The translations under genes were made by a program, and so were the position numbers. Below are positions 43,118-52,263 of a DNA stretch of 64,000 bases, piece after piece; within the stretch, counting starts at the first letter, position 1, and each line of letters opens with the position of its first letter. The DNA comes from Solirubrobacteraceae bacterium. Lineage in GTDB: Bacteria; Actinomycetota; Thermoleophilia; Solirubrobacterales; Solirubrobacteraceae. The stretch is taken from assembly GCA_034664295.1 (NCBI GenBank), contig JAXDHV010000014.1:1-64000 (forward strand), read 5' to 3'. The notes beneath the pieces are model-generated. The model saw only the letters and a program-made list of their open reading frames with translations. It had not been told where the DNA came from and ran no database searches.

Positions 43118-44953
43118 ATGTCAGACCAATGGCCGGGAGTGAGTGCGCGCGGTGTCCTGGACGGCGATGCCGAGGCGCTCGGCGGGCTGTGTGACGGCCG
43201 GGGGCCGTCGGTCGTCGGATACTGCGCGCGCATATGCGGTCCGGAGCGGGCCGTCGAGGCGGCGGCGGCGGCGTTCGCGGCGTTCCGGGCGGGTGCGGTC
43301 CGAGCGCGGGATCCGCTGTCGATCGATCCCGAGGAGCTGCTGCTAGGGCGGACGCGGGCGGCCGCGGCCCAGCGGGCGCCGAAGCCGGCGGCCAGCCTCG
43401 TCTTCGCGGAGATCCCGTGCTCCCAGATCCCGGTGCTCCTGGCCGAGCGGGCGAGCGGCTCGATCTCCCCGGCCGACGAGGATCGCCTTCGTCAGCATCT
43501 GGCGCGGTGCGCGGCGTGCCAGGCGGTCGAGGGGATCCAGGAGGAGGCCGAGCGGACGTACTTCCACCCGACGCTGGACGCCGTCGACCCGGTCAGCCGG
43601 CTGGAGATCATCGACGCGCTGCGGCGTGCGGTGCCCCCGGCGCCGGACGGCCGGACGTGGGTGTCGTTCAACGGCGACCGACCGGACACGCCGGCACCCG
43701 AGATTCAGCAGGCGGTGGTCGGGCCGGGGGAGCCGAGGATTCCGAAGCCGCTGCCCCGGACGGCGGCGGTGAGCGGTCCGAACCTGACGAGCACGCCGGT
43801 CGGACAGCCGCAGGCGACCGGGCCGGCGGCTCCGCCTCCCCAGGCGTCCGGCAATCCCGGCGGGCCGGTGCCGGTGGAGGTCATCCGGAGGAGCACGCTC
43901 GCCGGCGGGGTCGTCCTGCCGCAGCCGACGACCGGCTCCGGAAGCCCGGCTGGGCCGCCGTCGGCGCACCACGAGCCGACGGCGCCGGGACCCACGGCGC
44001 ACGACACGGGGTACGGCCACACCGAGCACGAGACGGCGCGCGGCGGGTCGGCGAGCGGCCCCATGGCGCACGGCGAGTCGGCGAGCGGCAGGCCGACCGG
44101 CGAATGGGACTCGCCGACCGGGGCGATGAGCGCTGTGGACATCGGTGCCGCGCTCGGCTACCACCAGACGGGTGTCGATCCCGCAAGCCAGACGGGCTGG
44201 GCCGACGCAGGCGGGGCGGGTGCCGACCCGGCCGGGCCGGACGACGGTCATTCAGGCCGGCGTCGGCGGATGGCGGTGCCGTTCTCGCCGGCCGGTGGCG
44301 GTCGGGTCACGGTACCCCGGGTCCTCGGGCCGGTTGCCGTGCTCGTGGTCGGGCTCCTGGTCGCCCTGTTCGTGGCCGGGGTCTTCACCAGCGGGTCTCA
44401 CGGCCCGCCCGCGGGTTCAGTGTCCGGCGGCCAGACCAATCCGAGCGCGACGCCCACCGGGACGTCGGCGAGCGGGAGCTCGGCGATCGGGGGAGGCTCG
44501 ACCGGGGGTGGATCGGCCGCGGGGGATGGGAGCACGGCAGCGTCGGCCGGGGTGACGACGGCGGCGTCGCGAGCGGCGGCGAAGAAGCGGGCGGCTGCGC
44601 TCGCACGCAAGCTCCGGGCGGCCGGCGGGACGGGAGCCGCCAAGACCAGCCCGAGTTCACCGGCGACCCCGTCGTCGACCCAGGCGGCCACCGGCACCCG
44701 GGTGACGAGCCCGTCGAGCGGGAGCCGAACGACGAGTCCGACCAGCGGAGGGACGCCGGGCAGCCGGCCGACGAGCCCGACCGGGGGGGCGCCAGCCGCC
44801 AACGTGACGAAGCCGAGCTCGGGGACCGGGGCGCCGACAACGCCGGCGACGAGCGGGCCTGTGACGGTCCACGAGCTGGGTGCCGGGGCCGGAAGCGCTC
44901 GGCCGGTCACTGGGGTCCCGGCGACCGGAGCGACCGGCTACCAACCGGGCTGA
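43118..44953 (+). CDS. zf-HC2 (anti-sigma-factor-type) membrane protein with long Ser/Thr/Gly/Pro-rich extracytoplasmic region
   Basis: HLARCAACQAVEG zinc-finger motif and a single TM segment (VLGPVAVLVVGLLVALFVAGVF) followed by about 200 aa of low-complexity sequence. No cognate sigma gene is adjacent. Confidence 0.5.
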   Translation: MSDQWPGVSARGVLDGDAEALGGLCDGRGPSVVGYCARICGPERAVEAAAAAFAAFRAGAVRARDPLSIDPEELLLGRTRAAAAQRAPKPAASLVFAEIPCSQIPVLLAERASGSISPADEDRLRQHLARCAACQAVEGIQEEAERTYFHPTLDAVDPVSRLEIIDALRRAVPPAPDGRTWVSFNGDRPDTPAPEIQQAVVGPGEPRIPKPLPRTAAVSGPNLTSTPVGQPQATGPAAPPPQASGNPGGPVPVEVIRRSTLAGGVVLPQPTTGSGSPAGPPSAHHEPTAPGPTAHDTGYGHTEHETARGGSASGPMAHGESASGRPTGEWDSPTGAMSAVDIGAALGYHQTGVDPASQTGWADAGGAGADPAGPDDGHSGRRRRMAVPFSPAGGGRVTVPRVLGPVAVLVVGLLVALFVAGVFTSGSHGPPAGSVSGGQTNPSATPTGTSASGSSAIGGGSTGGGSAAGDGSTAASAGVTTAASRAAAKKRAAALARKLRAAGGTGAAKTSPSSPATPSSTQAATGTRVTSPSSGSRTTSPTSGGTPGSRPTSPTGGAPAANVTKPSSGTGAPTTPATSGPVTVHELGAGAGSARPVTGVPATGATGYQPG

Positions 44954-45160
44954 GGGGAGCGTCCGGTCGCCTGAGTGGAGGCTCGGCCGCGCCCAAGGGG
45001 GTCTCAGATGGGTCGAGCCGGGCGGCTGCGTGCAGCCGGGATGGGACACGCGGGCGGCTTGACCTCGGTCACGCCGCGTGAAACCATGGTCTCGCCCAAC
45101 CGCCTGCGCCAGCGAACCGGCTCCCGTCCGGGCGACCGCCCGGGTTTCGAAGGAGACGAG

Positions 45161-45655
45161 ATGATCAACTCACGGCAATCGACAGTCGCCCTGCTCGCCG
45201 GAGCGCTCACGCTGGCAGTGGGGGGATGCGGGGGGAAGACCAAGCACGCGAGTCCGACGACGGCCGCAGCTAACGGTACGACCTCGCCAGGCGGCGAGAA
45301 GTCGGCGGGTACGGTCGCGACGACGCCGTCGGCTCCGGGCAAGACGCCGAAGCCGGCCCGTCCGAAATCCAACAAGCCGTCGCTCGCCGACACGCCGGCG
45401 AAGACGCTGAGCTTCAGCGGGACCGGTGTGAAGGAGATCGGCAAGCCCGACCCCCTGAGAATTCCGACGGCTTCGACGATTCACTGGACCAACGACGGGG
45501 CGATCTTCCAGATCATCCCGGCCAGCCCGAAGGTCCAGTCGCCGGTCAACTCGACCGGCCACAGCGGAACGGCCGCCCTCGGAAAGGGTGCGTACTACGG
45601 GTTCCTGATCAACGCGGTCGGCCACTGGACGGTCAAGATCGTGCCGGGGGCCTGA
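45161..45655 (+). CDS. lipoprotein, hypothetical
   Basis: AAGGAGA Shine-Dalgarno. Signal peptide with lipobox LAVGGC. The 3' end runs into 38-bp tandem repeats. Confidence 0.65.
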   Translation: MINSRQSTVALLAGALTLAVGGCGGKTKHASPTTAAANGTTSPGGEKSAGTVATTPSAPGKTPKPARPKSNKPSLADTPAKTLSFSGTGVKEIGKPDPLRIPTASTIHWTNDGAIFQIIPASPKVQSPVNSTGHSGTAALGKGAYYGFLINAVGHWTVKIVPGA

Positions 45656-45780
45656 GCCCGCCTTCGGCCGTCAAGATTGCGTCCGGGGCCTGAGCCCGCC
45701 TTCCGCGGTCAAGATCGCGTCCGGGGCCTGAGCCCGCCTCCCGCGGTCAAGATCGTGTCCGGGGGCTGAGCCCGGCCTCC
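45631..45780. repeat. about 38-bp tandem repeat, roughly 4 copies, spanning the lipoprotein stop and the pdxT stop
   Basis: Units resemble ggtcaagatcgYgtccggggcctgagcccgccttccgc. Three nested minus-strand ORFs in the track all end with the same ...SPRT(R/Q)S peptide because of it. Confidence 0.75.
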
Positions 45781-46337
45781 TCGAGCAGCCACGCGTGCAG
45801 CCGGGTCTCGCCGGCCAGCTCGGGATGGAAGGCCGTGCCGAGGATGCGCTGCTCGCGAACGGCAACCAGATGCCCATCGACCTCGCCGAGCACCTCGACT
45901 CCCGGACCGGGGTCGAGGATCCACGGCGCCCGGATGAAGACTGCGCGCACCGGGTCGTCGAAGCCGGCGAGGTCGAGATCGGCCTCGAAGCTCCGGACCT
46001 GCCTCCCGAAGGCGTTGCGCTCGCACCGGACGTCGACGACGCCGAGGTGATCCATGTCGAGGATGATCAGGCCGGCGCAGGTCGCCAGGATCGGGTTCCC
46101 GGCGGCGGCGAATTCCCGCAGCGGGCCGGCCAGGCCCTCGCGGTCGATCCCCAGCATCATCGTCGTCGACTCGCCGCCCGGCAGGACGAGACCGGAGAGA
46201 CCGGCGAGATCGGCTGGCACGCGAACCTCCCGGACGGAGACACCAAGGTCACCGAGAACGGCCGCGTGCGCGGCGAAGCCCCCCTGGAGGGCGAGCACCC
46301 CGATCGGCCGGCCGTGGGTCCGCGGGCTCCCAACCAC
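45747..46337 (-). CDS. pdxT: pyridoxal 5'-phosphate synthase glutaminase subunit PdxT
   Basis: IGVLALQGG, LPGGESTTM, catalytic TCAGLIIL and HPE. GTG start chosen inside the upstream 30-bp repeat region. Confidence 0.85.
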   Translation of the reverse strand: MVGSPRTHGRPIGVLALQGGFAAHAAVLGDLGVSVREVRVPADLAGLSGLVLPGGESTTMMLGIDREGLAGPLREFAAAGNPILATCAGLIILDMDHLGVVDVRCERNAFGRQVRSFEADLDLAGFDDPVRAVFIRAPWILDPGPGVEVLGEVDGHLVAVREQRILGTAFHPELAGETRLHAWLLEEAGLSPRTRS

Positions 46338-46408
46338 CGGTTCCCGAACCTGCGGGCTCCCAGCCGCCGGTTCCCGGATCTGCGGGCTCCCGGCCGCGGG
46401 GCCTCTCA
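46323..46408. repeat. 30-bp tandem repeat, about 2.8 copies, between the pdxS stop and the pdxT start
   Basis: cgcgggctcccaaccaccggttcccgaacc / tgcgggctcccagccgccggttcccggatc / tgcgggctcccggccgcggggcctctca. Encodes (REPAAGSPQI)-like repeats in the pdxT frame. Confidence 0.7.
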
Positions 46409-47290
46409 CCAGCCGCGCTGGGCGAGCAGCTGCTCGCCGGCGAGCTTGCGCGTCTCGAGGCTCTCCATCGCCGAGCCGAGCCCCTCGGACGCGGCAGCTA
46501 CCCGCTGGGGGTCGCGGAAGTGCGTGGTCGCCTCGACGATCGCCCGGGCCCGCATCGCCGGATCGCCGGACTTGAAGATGCCCGATCCGACGAAGACCCC
46601 TTCGGCGCCGAGCCACATCATCAGGGCCGCGTCGGCCGGTGTGGCGATCCCGCCGGCCGAGAACAGGACGACCGGGAGGCGGCCGTCGCGGGCGACCCCG
46701 CGGACCAGATCGAGCGGGGCCCCGAGCTCCTTGGCGAGCGCCGGCAGCTCGGACGGATCGGCGGCGGTGAGACGCCGGATCTGGCTGACGATCTCCCGCA
46801 TGTGGCGAACCGCCTCGACGACATCGCCGGTTCCGGCCTCGCCCTTCGATCGGATCATCGCGGCTCCCTCGCCGATCCGCCGGAGCGCCTCGCCGAGGTT
46901 GGTCGCCCCGCAGACGAACGGAACCTTGGAGCCCCACTTGTCGATGTGGTTGGCCTCGTCGGCCGGGGTCAGGACCTCCGACTCGTCGATGTAGTCGACC
47001 TCGAGGGCCTCGAGCACCTGCGCCTCGACGAAATGGCCGATCCTCGCTTTGGCCATCACGGGGATCGTCACGGCGTCCTGGATCTGGCGGATCATCAGGG
47101 GATCGGACATCCGGGCAACGCCGCCGTCCCGCCGGATATCGGACGGAACCCGCTCGAGCGCCATCACCGCGCAGGCCCCCGCGTCCTCGGCGATCCGGGC
47201 CTGCTCGTCGTCGACGACGTCCATGATCACGCCGCCCTTCAACATCTCCGCCAACCCGGCCTTGACCCGGAACGTCGCCTCGTCGGACAT
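46406..47290 (-). CDS. pdxS: pyridoxal 5'-phosphate synthase lyase subunit PdxS
   Basis: [20 protein letters not shown] and [11 protein letters not shown] are canonical PdxS/SNZ motifs. Confidence 0.95.
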   Translation of the reverse strand: MSDEATFRVKAGLAEMLKGGVIMDVVDDEQARIAEDAGACAVMALERVPSDIRRDGGVARMSDPLMIRQIQDAVTIPVMAKARIGHFVEAQVLEALEVDYIDESEVLTPADEANHIDKWGSKVPFVCGATNLGEALRRIGEGAAMIRSKGEAGTGDVVEAVRHMREIVSQIRRLTAADPSELPALAKELGAPLDLVRGVARDGRLPVVLFSAGGIATPADAALMMWLGAEGVFVGSGIFKSGDPAMRARAIVEATTHFRDPQRVAAASEGLGSAMESLETRKLAGEQLLAQRGW

Positions 47291-47710
47291 GCCCCCAGTC
47301 TACTTCGGTCCCCCGGCGGCCAGGCGGACGATCATCGACGGGCTCGAACGCCGGGTCCCTCCGGCCACGTCGCTGCCGGGCGTCGGACACGCGACCACCG
47401 CCTGGGTGACTGACCCACGGGTCTCACGCCGGGCCTGCTCGAGCTCGGCGGCCTGGGCGGAAGCCACTTCGATCTTCGCGGACTGGGCGGAGGCCGTCTC
47501 GATCTGCGCGGTCGGGGCGCAGGCCACGTCGATCTTCGCCCGACACACGAGTCCGTCGGTCCGGTCTTGGCCGACCCGCCGACGATTGGAATCCGGAGTT
47601 CTCGCGGCAGTCGTGGACGGCCGGCGCCCGCCGAGTCCGGCCGTCCTTCGGGGGTCACGGCCGTTGACTGGCCGAGAAGGTCGCGGGAGTGCGGTCCGAG
47701 GAGCCGGACG

Positions 47711-49540
47711 TCAGGGGGCGTCGGCGATGATGTTCGCGACGTTCGGCGTCCCGAAGCCGCTGACGTAGTCCCAGCCGGGCAGGGCGAGATACAGCCCGTT
47801 GGTCCCGATTGTCACGTCGAAGAAGTCCCGCGTCCTGGTCGCGTCGTTTTTCCCGAGCCGGTAGAGCGTCTCGTTGGCGAAGCCATAGCCCCGACCGCCG
47901 GCCGCGCTCTGGTTGATCCGCGCCCAGATCCCCGCCCAGAGTGGCGACGACAGGCTCGTCCCGCCGCCCTGGGAGGCCGTTCCGCCGGAGACGATCTCGT
48001 AGCCGTTGGTCAGGGAGTCACCCGACTGGGCGGCGACGTCCGGGACGCCCCGGCACGGCTGACCGAGGTTCGTCAGCTGGCCGTCGGGCGTCGCGACGCA
48101 CGGCAGGAAGAGACCCGACGTCCCCTGCTGGTAGGCCGGCGCTCCGATCAGCAGGGTGTCGCCGCCGCCGGTGAACGGCCACGCATACTCGGCAAACCGC
48201 GAGGTCGGCGTCGTCGCGTTGGTGTAGAGCACCGTCCCCCCGACCGCCACCGCGTACGGGCTCGACGCCGGGTAGGACGTCAGCGGGACGATCTGGTTGA
48301 GCAGGCCGTTCCCCGGGCCGATCACCGGGAGGACGACGACCGGGCAGGACGATCCGGTGTCGCCGGACGCGGAGAACAGCGTCCGGCCCTCGATCGCCGC
48401 CTGCCGGAGGGTCTGCTCGGCGACGGGTTCGAGGTTGTTCCCGAGCGCCAGTCCCAGCGTCGCGCTCGGATCCTGGCTGGTGTCTCCCGGCAGGCTCAGC
48501 AGGAGCGGATCCAGGGGGGTCCGCTCGCATTCACCGAACGACGCGTCCGCCTGCGCCGGGCCCTGCGGGTCGTTGACCCAAGTGGTCAGGAGATTCTCGA
48601 CGGTCGCGTCGACCAGCGAGTCGCCGAAGTAGAGGGTCAGGCCGCTGACGTCAGGGGCCATCCCGGTCGACGCCTGCGTGTCGATGTCCCACTCCGCGGC
48701 GCCCGACGTATCGGTGAAAGAGCCCGGTCCGACCTGGTGAACGCTCACCGGCACGCTCGGCAGGTTGTGGGACTGCTCGAACTTCGCGAGGTCGCTGATC
48801 GTGCCGGCGCTCGCGCCCGACCCGAAGACGGCGATCGACTGTCCGGCTCCCCGGTAGGCGTCCGGCTGGTCATACACCGACCAGAGGCTCTGCGGCGACG
48901 TCGACCCGAGGTTCGGCAACCCGGTCAGCGAGAGGACGTCCGCGACCGTCCCGAGCAGACCGGCCGTGTGGGCAGGTGTCGTGAAGTGCTGGTAGGTGTT
49001 CAGGCCGACGACCGACGCGACCGGCAGTCCGTTGGGCACCCGCGGTGGGGAGGTGTTCGCCAGGAAGGACGTCCCGCCCGACTTGAAGCGGCGAATCGTC
49101 GTCCCGAAGACCCGCTGAACCTCCGCGACACTCCCGGTCGCGAGGATGTAGTCGCGGGATCCCGACGACGTGTCGAGCGCCAGGCCTCCGGCCCGGAGCC
49201 AGCCGGCCGCGGCGGCGAAGGTGGCCTTCCGGACGCCGAACCGCGCCGCGAAGCCAGCCGGCGAAAGGAACCGTCGATACGACGAGCTGCCCGGCTGGTA
49301 GAGCCGTTGGTAGAGGGCGGCCTCCCCCGCGGGGTTCGGCCGCGCGAGTCCCACCCCGACGCTCATCTGAGCCCGCGGATCCGCAGCGTCGCTCGACAGG
49401 ACGCCGAGCCCGGACATCACGTTCGCCCGCAGTACGCGACGCGGAGCCTGCCCGGCCGCCGGCGCCGCCGCCGGCGCGATCACCAGCGCTGCCGCGGCCG
49501 AAGCGACTGCCCAGCGCACGCCACGAGTCCCAGCTCTCAT
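47711..49540 (-). CDS. secreted S53 (sedolisin/kumamolisin) family serine peptidase
   Basis: Signal peptide and pro-domain. Catalytic-Ser motif GGTSLSSPLWAG and an SGDTGS block. Confidence 0.75.
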   Translation of the reverse strand: MRAGTRGVRWAVASAAAALVIAPAAAPAAGQAPRRVLRANVMSGLGVLSSDAADPRAQMSVGVGLARPNPAGEAALYQRLYQPGSSSYRRFLSPAGFAARFGVRKATFAAAAGWLRAGGLALDTSSGSRDYILATGSVAEVQRVFGTTIRRFKSGGTSFLANTSPPRVPNGLPVASVVGLNTYQHFTTPAHTAGLLGTVADVLSLTGLPNLGSTSPQSLWSVYDQPDAYRGAGQSIAVFGSGASAGTISDLAKFEQSHNLPSVPVSVHQVGPGSFTDTSGAAEWDIDTQASTGMAPDVSGLTLYFGDSLVDATVENLLTTWVNDPQGPAQADASFGECERTPLDPLLLSLPGDTSQDPSATLGLALGNNLEPVAEQTLRQAAIEGRTLFSASGDTGSSCPVVVLPVIGPGNGLLNQIVPLTSYPASSPYAVAVGGTVLYTNATTPTSRFAEYAWPFTGGGDTLLIGAPAYQQGTSGLFLPCVATPDGQLTNLGQPCRGVPDVAAQSGDSLTNGYEIVSGGTASQGGGTSLSSPLWAGIWARINQSAAGGRGYGFANETLYRLGKNDATRTRDFFDVTIGTNGLYLALPGWDYVSGFGTPNVANIIADAP

Positions 49541-49646
49541 GTCTCTCCCTCGCTAAGACCAACGACCTGTCGTCCTCCCTGACCGAACGCGGAGGGTACC
49601 CCGACGCCGTCGCCAGCGTCAACGCCGTGACGGTCGCCGCAACCGG

Positions 49647-50102
49647 TCACCCGCTGACGACGTGGGCGCCGTCGCCCTCGAGGCCGGCACGGAGCTTGTC
49701 GAGCAGCTCGGCCAGGACCTCGGTCTCCTCGTCGGTCAGCCGTGACCGAAGGCGCTTGTCGTGCGCCACGGCACCCGCCCGCAGCCGGTCGAACAATGCG
49801 GCGCCCTGATCGGTCAACTCGACCTGCTGGACTCGTCGGTTGCCTGGATCCCGCCACCGGCGGACGAGCCCCTGGGTTTCGAGTGAGTTGAGGTGGTGAG
49901 TCAGGGTCGCCCCGCTGAGGCCCATCGCCGCGGCCATGCTCGCCTGGTTGTCCCAGTCTCGCGAGCGGACGATCAGGAGGACCTGCCAGGCCGAGGCCGA
50001 CCCACCGGCGTCGGCCATCGCCCGCTCGAAGGCCTGCGAGACGGCGTGGGACGTCCGCGTCAGGCGCAGCCCGATCGGCAGAGAACGGTTCGGTCGGGGC
50101 AT
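49647..50102 (-). CDS. MarR-family transcriptional regulator
   Basis: Winged helix-turn-helix MAAAMGLSGATLTHHLNSLETQGLVRR. Confidence 0.8.
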   Translation of the reverse strand: MPRPNRSLPIGLRLTRTSHAVSQAFERAMADAGGSASAWQVLLIVRSRDWDNQASMAAAMGLSGATLTHHLNSLETQGLVRRWRDPGNRRVQQVELTDQGAALFDRLRAGAVAHDKRLRSRLTDEETEVLAELLDKLRAGLEGDGAHVVSG

Positions 50103-50123
50103 TGCCCGAGACTACCAGAGGAC

Positions 50124-50150
50124 TTGACATCTAAGCCTTAGAGATCTAAC
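50124..50150. promoter_or_regulatory. TTGACA -35 element followed by 13-bp palindrome TCTAAGcCTTAGA in the marR/DUF1707 divergent region
   Basis: TTGACA at 50124..50129 and the palindrome at 50130..50142. A second imperfect inverted repeat ACGTTCG/CGAACGG lies at 50149..50168. The downstream gene has a GGAGG Shine-Dalgarno. Confidence 0.4.
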
Positions 50151-50190
50151 GTTCGTCTTATCGAACGGCTGACGACACGAGGAGGCAAAT

Positions 50191-50634
50191 ATGTCCATTG
50201 CTCCCGACACGGTCCCGCCCGACGCCCCCGACCGGGGGCTGCGGATCGGCGATCACGAACGGGCGGCTGCCGCTGAGCGGCTCTCAGCCCATGCGGCTGC
50301 CGGCCGGCTTGGCATCGACGAGCTCGAGGACCGCCTCGAGCGGGTCAACCGCGCGGTCTTCGCCGGGGATCTGCTCCCGTTGGAGGCTGACCTCCCGGCG
50401 GCTGTCCCCACCGACCCCCACCCCAGGCTGACAGCATCCGCAAGACCTGCCCACCGGCGCCGCGTTCGCCGCCGGCCCCCGCCGGCCCTGATCGTCTTCG
50501 TGTTCGCCGCGGTCCTCGCCAGCCTGCTCGTCGGCCATCCGATCGCCCCGCTCTTCGTCGTCATCGCGCTCGTCTGGCGCTTCGGCGGCCGGCATCTCCG
50601 CGACCGCCAGTTCTTCCAGGCGAACCTCCCGTGA
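50191..50634 (+). CDS. DUF1707 domain membrane protein
   Basis: LRIGDHERAAAAERLSAHAAAGRLGIDELEDRLERV (DUF1707/SHOCT-like) and a C-terminal TM segment. Confidence 0.65.
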   Translation: MSIAPDTVPPDAPDRGLRIGDHERAAAAERLSAHAAAGRLGIDELEDRLERVNRAVFAGDLLPLEADLPAAVPTDPHPRLTASARPAHRRRVRRRPPPALIVFVFAAVLASLLVGHPIAPLFVVIALVWRFGGRHLRDRQFFQANLP

Positions 50635-52259
50635 CCCCCGCCGCGCCAGACGCCGCCGCAGACGCCGGCCGGTCACAGCGCTCGAGCGTGTCCCTGCCGT
50701 TCGCGGCGATCGTCCTCGCGATGCTCCCGGCCGTGCTCGACCAGACGATGCTCGCGACCGCCCTCCCGACGATCGCCTCCGACCTCGGGCGGCTGGCCGA
50801 CGTCTCTTGGGTCGTCAGCGCCTACGTCGTCGCGGCCGCCGCGTCGACCCCCTTGTGGGGCAAGCTCGGCGACCGGCATGGCCGCAAGCGACTGCTCGAG
50901 ATCGTCCTCGTCATGTTCCTCGCCGCGTCGGCCCTCTGCGGCCTCGCGCAGGACATCACCGTCCTGATCGTCTCTCGCGCGGTCCAGGGAGCCGCCGCCG
51001 GCGGACTGATGACGCTCGCGATGGCCGCCGTCGGCGACCTCGTCAGCCCGCGGGAGCGCGGCCGCTACCAGGGCTACATCGCCGCGACCTTCGCGCTCGC
51101 CACGGTCGCCGGGCCGCTGCTCGGCGGCCTGCTCGTCGACCAGGCCAGCTGGCGCTGGGTCTTCTACGTGAACCTCCCACTCGGCCTGGTCGCCTTCGCC
51201 GGACTGCGGTCCAGACTCCCCGTCCCCGTCGTCGAGCCTCCCGCCCACCCTCTCGACGGGGCCGGCGCCGGCCTCCTCGCGGGGGCCACCGGCGGCCTGA
51301 TGCTCGCTTGCGTCTGGGGCGGTCAGCGGTACGCCTGGGACTCGCCCGTCATCCTCGGTCTGATCGCCGCCACCCTTCTCCTCTGCGCCGGCCTCGTCCG
51401 CCGCGAGCGACGTGCCCCCGACCCGATCGTCCCGCTCGACCTCCTCCGCACGAGGACGGTCGCGCTCGCCAGCGCCGTCCTCTTCCTCGCGACGGCCTCC
51501 CTCTTCGCGATCACCGTCTTCGTCCCCGTCTTCCTCCAGACCACGACCCACGCCTCCCCCACCGAGGCCGGCCTGCTCCTCGTCCCGATGATGCTCGGCA
51601 TCACGATCTCGACGATCGCCACGGGTCGCAGCATCTCCCGCACCGGCCGCTACAAGCGCTTCCCGGTCGCCGGCCTCACCCTGATGACGATCGCCCTCGC
51701 CCTCCTCGCCGCACTCGCAGGCAACCCCTCACGCACGTCGACCGGCATCGGCCTCGCCGTCTTCGGCCTCGGCTTCGGGATGGTCGGCCAAGTCCTGATC
51801 GCCGCCGTCCAGAACGCCGTCGACCGCCGCCAGCTCGGCGTCGCGATGGCCACCACCAGCTTCTTCCGGGCCCTCGGCGGCGCCGTCGGCGCCGCCGGCC
51901 TCGGCGCCGTGTTCGCCGCCAACGTCCATCTCTCGAGCCAAGCGGCCCACCCCACCGCCCTAGCCCCGGCCGCCAAGACCCAAATCATCAACGGAGTCCA
52001 AGCCGTCTTCCTGGTAGCCGCCCCGATCGCAGCCCTAGGCCTGGTCCTCACCCTCCTCGTCAAGGAGACCCCCCTGAGCGGCCCCGGTGAGCCCCGTCAA
52101 TCCCAACGGCCGGAAGTCCCCCCACTCGCCAGTCAAGCCGATCGGAAGGCAACCGGTCTGTCGAGCGGAGCGGTACGGCGCGTTCGCGCAGTCCGCAACG
52201 GAGCCCCCTCGAGCGAAGCGAGCAAAGGGGCGGAGGCGCGGCCTGCGCGGACGCGCTAA
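50631..52259 (+). CDS. MFS transporter, DHA2 (EmrB/QacA) drug:H+ antiporter family, 14 TM
   Basis: Motif A region GKLGDRHGRKRLL and 14 hydrophobic segments. GTGA overlap with the upstream gene. Confidence 0.85.
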   Translation: MTPAAPDAAADAGRSQRSSVSLPFAAIVLAMLPAVLDQTMLATALPTIASDLGRLADVSWVVSAYVVAAAASTPLWGKLGDRHGRKRLLEIVLVMFLAASALCGLAQDITVLIVSRAVQGAAAGGLMTLAMAAVGDLVSPRERGRYQGYIAATFALATVAGPLLGGLLVDQASWRWVFYVNLPLGLVAFAGLRSRLPVPVVEPPAHPLDGAGAGLLAGATGGLMLACVWGGQRYAWDSPVILGLIAATLLLCAGLVRRERRAPDPIVPLDLLRTRTVALASAVLFLATASLFAITVFVPVFLQTTTHASPTEAGLLLVPMMLGITISTIATGRSISRTGRYKRFPVAGLTLMTIALALLAALAGNPSRTSTGIGLAVFGLGFGMVGQVLIAAVQNAVDRRQLGVAMATTSFFRALGGAVGAAGLGAVFAANVHLSSQAAHPTALAPAAKTQIINGVQAVFLVAAPIAALGLVLTLLVKETPLSGPGEPRQSQRPEVPPLASQADRKATGLSSGAVRRVRAVRNGAPSSEASKGAEARPARTR

Positions 52260-52263
52260 TCCC

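Noticed and set aside
43234-45081. 615-aa alternative-frame ORF over the zf-HC2 gene
   Set aside because: Frame artefact: it is extremely Arg/Gly-rich. The chosen frame contains the zinc-finger motif and a TM segment.
8726-46408. CRISPR array
   Set aside because: The tandem repeats found (15, 23, 30, 34 and 38 bp) have at most 4 copies, no unique spacers of uniform length and no cas genes. They sit inside or at the ends of genes.
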